A stretch of DNA of 64,000 nucleotides from Eledone cirrhosa (lineage: Eukaryota): contig OZ024740.1 of the NCBI GenBank assembly GCA_964016885.1, forward strand, positions 32,302,001 to 32,366,000, in the 5' to 3' direction. A program made the position numbers and the translations under genes. Below, piece after piece: positions 1 to 14,300 of this stretch. The stretch's first letter is position 1, and each line of letters starts with the position of its first letter. The notes below the pieces were generated by a model, which did not search any database, was not told the DNA's origin, and worked only from the letters and a program-made list of their open reading frames with translations.

Positions 1-2709
1 TAGATATAGGAAGACATAGGACAGTTGTTTATTAGTGATATAATAGACATATGAAGACATAGTAAAGTTGTTTATTAGTGATATAATAGATATAGGAAGA
101 CATAGGAAAGTTGTGTTTATTAATGATATAATAGACATATGAAGACATAGTAAAGTTGTTTATTAGTGCTATAATAGACATATGAAGACATAGTAAAGTT
201 GTTTATTAGTGATATAATAGAAATGTGAAGACATAGTAAAGTTGTTTATTAGTGCTATAATAGACATATGAAGACGTAGTAAAGTTGTTTATTAGTGCTA
301 TTATAGACATGAAGACAGTAAAGTTGTGTTTATTAGTGTTATAATAGACATATGAAGACTGAGTAAAGTTGTTTATTAGTGATATAATAGACATGTGAAG
401 ACATAGTAAAGTTGTTTATTAGTGTTATAATAGACATATGAAGACGTAGTAGAGTTGTTTATTGGTGATATAATAGATATAGGAAGACATAGTAAAGTTG
501 TTTATTAGTGTTATAATAGACATATGAAGACATAGTAAAGTTGTTTATTAGTGCTATAATAGACATATGAAGACATAGTAAAGTTGTGTTTATTAGTGAT
601 ATAATAGACATATGAAGACATAGTAAAGTTGTTTATTAGTGATATAATATATATATAGGAAGACATAGGAAAGTTGTTTATTAATGATATAATAGACATA
701 TGAAGACATAGTAAAGTTGTGTTTATTAATGATATAATAGACATATGAAGACATAGTAAAGTTGTTTATTAGTGATATAATAGACATATGAAGACTTAGT
801 AAAGTTGTGTTTATTAGTGTTATAATAGACATATGAAGACATAGTTAAGTTGTGTTTATTAGTGATATAATAGACATCTGAAGACATAGTAAAGTTGTTT
901 ATTAGTGCCATAATAGACATATGAACACATAGTAAAGTTGTTTATTAGTGATATAATAGACATATGAACACATAGTAAAGTTGTTTATTAGTGTTATAAT
1001 AGACATATGAAGACATAGTAAAGTTGTTTATTAGTGATATAATAGACATATGGAGACATAGTAAAGTTGTTTATTAGTGATATAATAGACATATGAAGAC
1101 ATAGTAAGGTTGTTTATTAGTGATATAATATATATAGGAAGACATAGGAAAGTTGTTTATTAGTGATATAATAGATATAGGAAGACATAGGACAGTTGTT
1201 TATTAATGATATAATAGACATATGAAGACATAGTAAAGTTGTGTTTATTAATGATATAATAGACATATGAAGACATAGTAAAGTTGTTTATTAGTGATAT
1301 AATAGACATATGAAGACTTAGTAAAGTTGTGTTTATTAGTGTTATAATAGACATATGAAGACATAGTTAAGTTGTGTTTATTAGTGCTATAATAGACATA
1401 TGAAGACATAGTAATGTTGTATTTATTAGTGATATAATAGACATATGAAGACGTAGTAAAGTTGTTTATTAGTGCCATAATAGACATATGAACACATAGT
1501 AAAGTTGTTTATTAGTGATACAATAGACATATGAACACATAGTAAAGTTGTTTATTAGTGTTATAATAGACATATGAACACATAGTAAAGTTGTTTATTA
1601 GTGATATAATAGACATATGAACACATAGTAAAGTTGTTTATTAGTGTTATAATAGACATATGAAGACATAGTAAAGTTGTTTATTAGTGATATAATAGAC
1701 ATATGGAGACATAGTAAAGTTGTTTATTAGTGTTATAATAGACATATGAAGACGTAGTAAAGTTGTTTATTAGTGATATAATAGACATATGTGAGCCATA
1801 GTAAAGTTGTTTATTAGTGATATAATAGACATATGTGAGCCATAGTAAAGTTGTTTATTAGTGATATAATAGACATGAAGACATAGTAAAGTTGTTTATT
1901 AGTGATATAATAGACATATGTGAGCCTTAGTAAATTTGTTTATTACTGATATAATAGACATATGAAGACATAGTAAAGTTGTTTATTAGTGATATAATAA
2001 GACATATGAAGAGGTAGTAAAGTTGTTTATTAGTGATATAATAAGACATATGAAGACATAGTAAAGTTGTTTATTAGTGTTATAATAGACATATGAAGAC
2101 ATAGTAAAGTTGTTTATTAGTGATATAATAGACATATGAAGACGTAAAGTTGTTTATTAGTGATATAATAGACATATGAAGACATAGTAAAGTTGTTTAT
2201 TAGTGTTATAATAGACTTATGAAGACATAGTAAAGTTGTGTTTATTAGTGTTATAATAGACATATGAAGACATAGTAAAGTTGTTTATTAGTGCTATAAT
2301 AGACATATGAAGTCATAGTAAAGTTGTTTATTAGTGATATAATAGACATATGAAGACATAGTAAAGTTGTTTATTAGTGATATAATAGACATATGAAGAC
2401 ATAGTAAAGTTGTTTATTAGTGATATAATAGACATATGTGAGCCATAGTAAAGTTGTTTATTAGTGATATAATAGACATGAAGACATAGTAAAGTTGTTT
2501 ATTAGTGATATAATAGACATGTGAACACATAATAAAGTTGTTTATTAGTTCTATAATAGACATATGAAGACATAGTAAAGTTGTGTTTATTAGTGATATG
2601 AAGACGTTGTAAAGTTGTTTATTAGTGATATAATAGACATATGAAGAAATAGTAAAGTTGTTTATTTATGCTATAATAGACATATGAACACATAGTAAAG
2701 TTGTTTATT

Positions 2710-5300
2710 TATGCTATAATAGACATATGAATACATAGTAAAGTTCTTTATTAGTGCTATAATAGACATCTGAAGACATAGTAAAGTTGTGTTTATTAGT
2801 GTTATAATAGACATCTGAAGACATAGTAAAGTTGTGTTTATTAGTGCTATAATAGACATATGAACACATAGTAAAGTTGTTTATTAGTGCTATAATAGAC
2901 ATATGAAGACATAGTAAAGTTGTTTATTAGTGATATAATAGACATGAAGACATAGTAAAGTTGTTTACTAGTGATATAATAGATATATGAAGACATAGTA
3001 AAGTTGTTTATTAGTGATATAATAGATATAGGAACACAGTAAGGTTGTTTATTAGTGATATAATAGACATATGAAGACATAGTAAAGTTGTGTTTATTAG
3101 TGATATAATAAACATATGAAGACACAGTAAAGTTGTTTATTAGTGATATAATAGACATATGAAGACGTAGTAAAGTTGTTTATTAGTGATATAATAAACA
3201 TATGAAGACACAGTAAAGTTGTTTATTAGTGATATAATAGACATATGAAGACGTAGTAAAGTTGTTTATTAGTGATATAATAGACATATGTGAGCCATAG
3301 TAAAGTTGTTTATTAGTGATATAATAGACATATGAAGACATAGTAAAGTTGTGTTTATTAATGATATAATAGACATATGAATACATAGTAAAGTTGTTTA
3401 TTAGTGATATAATATATATATAGGAAGACATAGGAAAGTTGTTTATTAATGATATAATAGACATATGAAGACATAGTAAAGTTGTGTTTATTAGTGATAT
3501 AATAGACATATGAAGACATAGTAAAGTTGTTTATTAGTGATATAATATATATATAGGAAGACATAGTAAAGTTGTTTATTAGTGATATAATATATATATA
3601 GGAAGACATAGGAAAGTTGTTTATTAATGATATAATAGACATATGAAGACATAGTAAAGTTGTGTTTATTAGTGATATAATAGACATATGAAGACATAGT
3701 AAAGTTGTGTTTATTAGTGATATAATAGACATATGAAGACATAGTAAAGTTGTTTATTAGTGATATAATATATATATAGGAAGACATAGGAAAGTTGTTT
3801 ATTAGTGATATAATAGACATATGAAGACATAGTAAAGTTGTTTATTAGTGATATAATAGACATATGAAAAAAGTAAAGTTGTTTATTAGTGATATAATAG
3901 ACATATGAACACATAGTAAAGTTGTTTATTAGTGATATAATATATATAGGAAAGTTGTTTATTACTGATATAATAGACATGTGAAGATATAGTAAAGTTG
4001 TTTATTAGTGTTATAATAGACATATGAAGACGTAGTAAAGTTGTTTATTAGTGCTATAATAGACATCTGAAGACATAGTAAAGTTGTGTTTATTAGTGTT
4101 ATAATAGACATCTGAAGACATAGTAAAGTTGTGTTTATTAGTGCTATAATAGACATATGAACACATAGTAAAGTTGTTTATTAGTGCTATAATAGACATA
4201 TGAAGACATAGTAAAGTTGTTTATTAGTGATATAATAGACATGAAGACATAGTAAAGTTGTTTACTAGTGATATAATAGATATATGAAGACATAGTAAAG
4301 TTGTTTATTAGTGATATTATAGATATAGGAACACAGTAAGGTTGTTTATTAGTGATATAATAGACATATGAAGACATAGTAAAGTTGTGTTTATTAGTGA
4401 TATAATAAACATATGAAGACACAGTAAAGTTGTTTATTAGTGATATAATAGACATATGAAGACGTAGTAAAGTTGTTTATTAGTGATATAATAAACATAT
4501 GAAGACACAGTAAAGTTGTTTATTAGTGATATAATAGACATATGAAGACGTAGTAAAGTTGTTTATTAGTGATATAATAGACATATGTGAGCCATAGTAA
4601 AGTTGTTTATTAGTGATATAATAGACATGTGAAGACATAGTAAAGTTGTGTTTATTAATGATATAATAGACATATGAATACATAGTAAAGTTGTTTATTA
4701 GTGATATAATATATATATAGGAAGACATAGGAAAGTTGTTTATTAATGATATAATAGACATATGAAGACATAGTAAAGTTTTGTTTATTAGTGATATAAT
4801 AGACATATGAAGACATAGTAAAGTTGTTTATTAGTGATATAATATATATATAGGAAGACATAGGAAAGTTGTTTATTAATGATATAATAGACATATGAAG
4901 ACATAGTAAAGTTGTGTTTATTAGTGATATAATAGACATATGAAGACATAGTAAAGTTGTGTTTATTAGTGATATAATAGACATATGAAGACATAGTAAA
5001 GTTGTTTATTAGTGATATAATATATATATAGGAAGACATAGGAAAGTTGTTTATTAGTGATATAATAGACATATGAAGACATAGTAAAGTTGTTTATTAG
5101 TGATATAATAGACATATGAAGAAAGTAAAGTTGTTTATTAGTGATATAATAGACATATGAACACATAGTAAAGTTGTTTATTAGTGATATAATATATATA
5201 GGAAAGTTGTTTATTACTGATATAATAGACATGTGAAGATATAGTAAAGTTGTTTATTAGTGTTATAATAGACATATGAAGACGTAGTAAAGTTGTTTAT
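2710..5300 (+). repeat. Local ~1.3-kb tandem duplication (offset 1297 bp, then 1252 bp after loss of one 45-bp monomer)
   Basis: ORF pairs 2714/4011, 2847/4144, 3183/4480 and 3714/4966. Shared rare variants include GTTTACTAGTG, GGAACACAGTAAGG and ATAAACATATG. Confidence 0.88.
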
Positions 5301-8300
5301 TAGTGTTATAATAGATATAGGAAGACATAGTAAAGTTGTTTATTAGTGCTATAATAGACATATGAACACATAGTAAAGTTGTTTATTAGTGCTATAATAG
5401 ACATATGAAGACATAGTAAAGTTGTGTTTATTAATGATATTATAGACATATGTAGACATAGTAAGGTTGCTTATTAGTGCTATAATAGACATATGAAGAC
5501 ATAGTAAAGTTGTTTATTAGTGTTATAATAGATATAGGAAGACATAGGAAAGTTGTTTATTAGTGTTATAATAGATATAGGAAGACATAGTAAAGTTGTT
5601 TATTAGTGTTATAATAGTTATAGGAAGACATAGTAAAGTTGTTTATTAGTGATATAATAGACATGAAGACATAGTAAAGTTGTTTATTAGTGCTATAATA
5701 GATATAGGAACACATAGTAAAGTTGTTTATTAGTGATATAATAGATATAGGAAGACATAGGAAAGTTGTTTATTAGTGATATAATAGACATGTGAAGACA
5801 TAGTAAAGTTGTTTATTAGTGATATAATAGACATGTGAAGACATAGTAAAGTTGTTTATTAGTGATATAATAGACATGTGAAGACATAGTAAAGTTGTTT
5901 ATTAGTGTTATAATAGACATATGAAGACATAGTAAAGTTGTTTATTAGTGATATAATAGATATAGGAAGACATAGTAAAGTTGTTTATTAGTGTTATAAT
6001 AGACATATGAAGACATAGTAAAGTTCTTTATCAGTGATATAATAGACATATGAAGACGTAGTAAAGTTGTGTTTATTAGTGCTTTAATAGACATATGAAG
6101 ACATAGTAAAGTTGTTTATTAGTGATATAATAGACATGTGAAGACATAGTAAAGTTGTTTATTAGTGCTATAATAGACATATGAACACATAGTAAAGTTG
6201 TTTATTAGTGCTATAATAGACATGAAGACATAGTAAAGTTGTGTTTATTAGTGTTATAATAGATATAGGAAGACATAGAAAGTTGTTTATTAGTGTTATA
6301 ATAGATATAGGAAGACATAGTAAAGTTGTTTATTAGTGCTATAATAGACATATGAACACCTAGTAAAGTTGTTTATTATTGATATAATAGACATATGTAG
6401 ACATAGTAAGGTTGTTTATTAGTGATATAATAGACATATGAAGACGTAGTACAGTTGTTTATTAGTGATATAATAGTTATAGGAAGACATAGTAAAGTTG
6501 TTTATTGGTGATATAATAGACATATGAAGACTTAGTAAAGGTGTGTTTATTAGTGATATAATAGACATATGAACACAGTAAAGTTGTTTATTAGTGATAT
6601 AATAGACATATGAACACATAGTAAAGTTGTTTATTAGTGATATAATAGACATATGAAGACATAGTAAAGTTGTTTATTAGTGCCATAATAGACATATGAA
6701 CACATAGTAAAGTTGTTTATTAGTGATATAATAGACATATGAAGACATAGTATAGTTGTTTATTAGTGATATAATATATATATGAAGACATAGTAAAGTT
6801 GTTTATTAGTGATATAATATATATATGAAGACATAGTAAAGTTCTTTATTAGTGATATAATATATATAGGAAGACATAGGAAAGTTGTTTATTAGTGCTA
6901 TAATAGACATATGAACACATAGTAAAGTTGTTTATTAAGGATATAATATATATATGAAGACATAGTAAAGTTCTTTATTAGTGATATAATATATATATGA
7001 AGACATAGTAAAGTTGTTTATTAGTGATATAATATATATAGGAAGACAGGAAAGTTGTTTATTAGTGATATAATAGACATATGAAGACATAGTAAAGTTT
7101 ATTAGTGATATAATAGACATGTGAAGACATAGTAAAGTTGTTTATTAGTGATATAATAGATATAGGAAGACATAGGACAGTTGTTTATTAGTGATATAAT
7201 AGACATATGAAGACATAGTAAAGTTGTTTATTAGTGATATAATAGATATAGGAAGACATAGGAAAGTTGTGTTTATTAATGATATAATAGACATATGAAG
7301 ACATAGTAAAGTTGTTTATTAGTGCTATAATAGACATATGAAGACATAGTAAAGTTGTTTATTAGTGATATAATAGAAATGTGAAGACATAGTAAAGTTG
7401 TTTATTAGTGCTATAATAGACATATGAAGACGTAGTAAAGTTGTTTATTAGTGCTATTATAGACATGAAGACAGTAAAGTTGTGTTTATTAGTGTTATAA
7501 TAGACATATGAAGACTGAGTAAAGTTGTTTATTAGTGATATAATAGACATGTGAAGACATAGTAAAGTTGTTTATTAGTGTTATAATAGACATATGAAGA
7601 CGTAGTAGAGTTGTTTATTGGTGATATAATAGATATAGGAAGACATAGTAAAGTTGTTTATTAGTGTTATAATAGACATATGAAGACATAGTAAAGTTGT
7701 TTATTAGTGCTATAATAGACATATGAAGACATAGTAAAGTTGTGTTTATTAGTGATATAATAGACATATGAAGACATAGTAAAGTTGTTTATTAGTGATA
7801 TAATATATATATAGGAAGACATAGGAAAGTTGTTTATTAATGATATAATAGACATATGAAGACATAGTAAAGTTGTGTTTATTAATGATATAATAGACAT
7901 ATGAAGACATAGTAAAGTTGTTTATTAGTGATATAATAGACATATGAAGACTTAGTAAAGTTGTGTTTATTAGTGTTATAATAGACATATGAAGACATAG
8001 TTAAGTTGTGTTTATTAGTGATATAATAGACATCTGAAGACATAGTAAAGTTGTTTATTAGTGCCATAATAGACATATGAACACATAGTAAAGTTGTTTA
8101 TTAGTGATATAATAGACATATGAACACATAGTAAAGTTGTTTATTAGTGTTATAATAGACATATGAAGACATAGTAAAGTTGTTTATTAGTGATATAATA
8201 GACATATGGAGACATAGTAAAGTTGTTTATTAGTGATATAATAGACATATGAAGACATAGTAAGGTTGTTTATTAGTGATATAATATATATAGGAAGACA

Positions 8301-11300
8301 TAGGAAAGTTGTTTATTAGTGATATAATAGATATAGGAAGACATAGGACAGTTGTTTATTAATGATATAATAGACATATGAAGACATAGTAAAGTTGTGT
8401 TTATTAATGATATAATAGACATATGAAGACATAGTAAAGTTGTTTATTAGTGATATAATAGACATATGAAGACTTAGTAAAGTTGTGTTTATTAGTGTTA
8501 TAATAGACATATGAAGACATAGTTAAGTTGTGTTTATTAGTGCTATAATAGACATATGAAGACATAGTAATGTTGTATTTATTAGTGATATAATAGACAT
8601 ATGAAGACGTAGTAAAGTTGTTTATTAGTGCCATAATAGACATATGAACACATAGTAAAGTTGTTTATTAGTGATACAATAGACATATGAACACATAGTA
8701 AAGTTGTTTATTAGTGTTATAATAGACATATGAACACATAGTAAAGTTGTTTATTAGTGATATAATAGACATATGAACACATAGTAAAGTTGTTTATTAG
8801 TGTTATAATAGACATATGAAGACATAGTAAAGTTGTTTATTAGTGATATAATAGACATATGGAGACATAGTAAAGTTGTTTATTAGTGATATAATAGACA
8901 TATGAAGACATAGTAAAGTTGTTTATTAGTGATATAATAGACATATGAAGACATAGTAAAGTTGTGTTTATTAATGATATAATAGACATATGAAGACATA
9001 GTAAGGTTGTTTATTAGTGATATAATATATATAGGAAGACATAGGAAAGTTGTTTATTAGTGATATAATAGACATGTGAAGACATAGTAAAGTTGTTTAT
9101 TAGTGATATAATAGACATATGAAGACATAGTAAAGTTGTGTTTATTAGTGATATAATAGACATATGAAGACATAGTAAAGTTGTGTTTATTAGTGATATA
9201 ATAGACATATGAAGACATAGTAAAGTTGTTTATTAGTGATATAATATATATATAGGAAGACATAGTAAACGTGTTTATTAGTGATATAATATATATAGGA
9301 AAGTTGTTTATTACTGATATAATAGACATGTGAAGATATAGTAAAGTTGTTTATTAGTGTTATAATAGACATATGAAGACGTAGTAAAGTTGTTTATTAA
9401 TGATATAATAGACATATGAAGACATAGTAAAGTTGTGTTTATTAGTGATATAATAGACATATGAAGACATAGTAAAGTTGTGTTTATTAGTGATATAATA
9501 GACATATGAAGACATAGTAAAGTTGTTTATTAGTGATATAATATATATATAGGAAGACATAGGAAAGTTGTTTATTAGTGATATAATAGACATATGAAGA
9601 CATAGTAAAGTTGTTTATTAGTGATATAATAGACATATGAAAAAAGTAAAGTTGTTTATTAGTGATATAATAGACATATGAACACATAGTAAAGTTGTTT
9701 ATTAGTGATATAATATATATAGGAAAGTTGTTTATTACTGATATAATAGACATGTGAAGATATAGTAAAGTTGTTTATTAGTGTTATAATAGACATATGA
9801 AGACGTAGTAAAGTTGTTTATTAGTGCTATAATAGACATCTGAAGACATAGTAAAGTTGTGTTTATTAGTGTTATAATAGACATCTGAAGACATAGTAAA
9901 GTTGTGTTTATTAGTGCTATAATAGACATATGAACACATAGTAAAGTTGTTTATTAGTGCTATAATAGACATATGAAGACATAGTAAAGTTGTTTATTAG
10001 TGATATAATAGACATGAAGACATAGTAAAGTTGTTTACTAGTGATATAATAGATATATGAAGACATAGTAAAGTTGTTTATTAGTGATATAATAGATATA
10101 GGAACACAGTAAGGTTGTTTATTAGTGATATAATAGACATATGAAGACATAGTAAAGTTGTGTTTATTAGTGATATAATAAACATATGAAGACACAGTAA
10201 AGTTGTTTATTAGTGATATAATAGACATATGAAGACGTAGTAAAGTTGTTTATTAGTGATATAATAAACATATGAAGACACAGTAAAGTTGTTTATTAGT
10301 GATATAATAGACATATGAAGACGTAGTAAAGTTGTTTATTAGTGATATAATAGACATATGTGAGCCATAGTAAAGTTGTTTATTAGTGATATAATAGACA
10401 TGTGAAGACATAGTAAAGTTGTGTTTATTAATGATATAATAGACATATGAATACATAGTAAAGTTGTTTATTAGTGATATAATATATATATAGGAAGACA
10501 TAGGAAAGTTGTTTATTAATGATATAATAGACATATGAAGACATAGTAAAGTTTTGTTTATTAGTGATATAATAGACATATGAAGACATAGTAAAGTTGT
10601 TTATTAGTGATATAATATATATATAGGAAGACATAGGAAAGTTGTTTATTAATGATATAATAGACATATGAAGACATAGTAAAGTTGTGTTTATTAGTGA
10701 TATAATAGACATATGAAGACATAGTAAAGTTGTGTTTATTAGTGATATAATAGACATATGAAGACATAGTAAAGTTGTTTATTAGTGATATAATATATAT
10801 ATGAAGAAAGTAAAGTTGTTTATTAGTGATATAATAGACATATGAACACATAGTAAAGTTGTTTATTAGTGATATAATATATATAGGAAAGTTGTTTATT
10901 ACTGATATAATAGACATGTGAAGATATAGTAAAGTTGTTTATTAGTGTTATAATAGACATATGAAGACGTAGTAAAGTTGTTTATTAGTGTTATAATAGA
11001 TATAGGAAGACATAGTAAAGTTGTTTATTAGTGCTATAATAGACATATGAACACATAGTAAAGTTGTTTATTAGTGCTATAATAGACATATGAAGACATA
11101 GTAAAGTTGTGTTTATTAATGATATTATAGACATATGTAGACATAGTAAGGTTGCTTATTAGTGCTATAATAGACATATGAAGACATAGTAAAGTTGTTT
11201 ATTAGTGTTATAATAGATATAGGAAGACATAGGAAAGTTGTTTATTAGTGTTATAATAGATATAGGAAGACATAGTAAAGTTGTTTATTAGTGTTATAAT

Positions 11301-14300
11301 AGTTATAGGAAGACATAGTAAAGTTGTTTATTAGTGATATAATAGACATGAAGACATAGTAAAGTTGTTTATTAGTGCTATAATAGATATAGGAACACAT
11401 AGTAAAGTTGTTTATTAGTGATATAATAGATATAGGAAGACATAGGAAAGTTGTTTATTAGTGATATAATAGACATGTGAAGACATAGTAAAGTTGTTTA
11501 TTAGTGATATAATAGACATGTGAAGACATAGTAAAGTTGTTTATTAGTGATATAATAGACATGTGAAGACATAGTAAAGTTGTTTATTAGTGTTATAATA
11601 GACATATGAAGACATAGTAAAGTTGTTTATTAGTGATATAATAGATATAGGAAGACATAGTAAAGTTGTTTATTAGTGTTATAATAGACATATGAAGACA
11701 TAGTAAAGTTCTTTATCAGTGCTATAATAGACATATGAAGACGTAGTAAAGTTGTGTTTATTAGTGCTTTAATAGACATATGAAGACATAGTAAAGTTGT
11801 TTATTAGTGATATAATAGACATGTGAAGACATAGTAAAGTTGTTTATTAGTGCTATAATAGACATATGAACACATAGTAAAGTTGTTTATTAGTGCTATA
11901 ATAGACATGAAGACATAGTAAAGTTGTGTTTATTAGTGTTATAATAGATATAGGAAGACATAGAAAGTTGTTTATTAGTGTTATAATAGATATAGGAAGA
12001 CATAGTAAAGTTGTTTATTAGTGCTATAATAGACATATGAACACCTAGTAAAGTTGTTTATTATTGATATAATAGACATATGTAGACATAGTAAGGTTGT
12101 TTATTAGTGATATAATAGACATGTGAAGAAATAGTAAAGTTGTTTATTAGTGATATAATAGACATATGAAGACGTAGTACAGTTGTTTATTAGTGATATA
12201 ATAGTTATAGGAAGACATAGTAAAGTTGTTTATTGGTGATATAATAGACATATGAAGACTTAGTAAAGGTGTGTTTATTAGTGATATAATAGACATATGA
12301 ACACAGTAAAGTTGTTTATTAGTGATATAATAGACATATGAACACATAGTAAAGTTGTTTATTAGTGATATAATAGACATATGAAGACATAGTAAAGTTG
12401 TTTATTAGTGCCATAATAGACATATGAACACATAGTAAAGTTGTTTATTAGTGATATAATAGACATATGAAGACATAGTATAGTTGTTTATTAGTGATAT
12501 AATATATATATGAAGACATAGTAAAGTTGTTTATTAGTGATATAATATATATATGAAGACATAGTAAAGTTCTTTATTAGTGATATAATATATATAGGAA
12601 GACATAGGAAAGTTGTTTATTAGTGCTATAATAGACATATGAACACATAGTAAAGTTGTTTATTAAGGATATAATATATATATGAAGACATAGTAAAGTT
12701 CTTTATTAGTGATATAATATATATATGAAGACATAGTAAAGTTGTTTATTAGTGATATAATATATATAGGAAGACAGGAAAGTTGTTTATTAGTGATATA
12801 ATAGACATATGAAGACATAGTAAAGTTTATTAGTGATATAATAGACATGTGAAGACATAGTAAAGTTGTTTATTAGTGATATAATAGATATAGGAAGACA
12901 TAGGACAGTTGTTTATTAGTGATATAATAGACATATGAAGACATAGTAAAGTTGTTTATTAGTGATATAATAGATATAGGAAGACATAGGAAAGTTGTGT
13001 TTATTAATGATATAATAGACATATGAAGACATAGTAAAGTTGTTTATTAGTGCTATAATAGACATATGAAGACATAGTAAAGTTGTTTATTAGTGATATA
13101 ATAGAAATGTGAAGACATAGTAAAGTTGTTTATTAGTGCTATAATAGACATATGAAGACGTAGTAAAGTTGTTTATTAGTGCTATTATAGACATGAAGAC
13201 AGTAAAGTTGTGTTTATTAGTGTTATAATAGACATATGAAGACTGAGTAAAGTTGTTTATTAGTGATATAATAGACATGTGAAGACATAGTAAAGTTGTT
13301 TATTAGTGTTATAATAGACATATGAAGACGTAGTAGAGTTGTTTATTGGTGATATAATAGATATAGGAAGACATAGTAAAGTTGTTTATTAGTGTTATAA
13401 TAGACATATGAAGACATAGTAAAGTTGTTTATTAGTGCTATAATAGACATATGAAGACATAGTAAAGTTGTGTTTATTAGTGATATAATAGACATATGAA
13501 GACATAGTAAAGTTGTTTATTAGTGATATAATATATATATAGGAAGACATAGGAAAGTTGTTTATTAATGATATAATAGACATATGAAGACATAGTAAAG
13601 TTGTGTTTATTAATGATATAATAGACATATGAAGACATAGTAAAGTTGTTTATTAGTGATATAATAGACATATGAAGACTTAGTAAAGTTGTGTTTATTA
13701 GTGTTATAATAGACATATGAAGACATAGTTAAGTTGTGTTTATTAGTGATATAATAGACATCTGAAGACATAGTAAAGTTGTTTATTAGTGCCATAATAG
13801 ACATATGAACACATAGTAAAGTTGTTTATTAGTGATATAATAGACATATGAACACATAGTAAAGTTGTTTATTAGTGTTATAATAGACATATGAAGACAT
13901 AGTAAAGTTGTTTATTAGTGATATAATAGACATATGGAGACATAGTAAAGTTGTTTATTAGTGATATAATAGACATATGAAGACATAGTAAGGTTGTTTA
14001 TTAGTGATATAATATATATAGGAAGACATAGGAAAGTTGTTTATTAGTGATATAATAGATATAGGAAGACATAGGACAGTTGTTTATTAATGATATAATA
14101 GACATATGAAGACATAGTAAAGTTGTGTTTATTAATGATATAATAGACATATGAAGACATAGTAAAGTTGTTTATTAGTGATATAATAGACATATGAAGA
14201 CTTAGTAAAGTTGTGTTTATTAGTGTTATAATAGACATATGAAGACATAGTTAAGTTGTGTTTATTAGTGCTATAATAGACATATGAAGACATAGTAATG

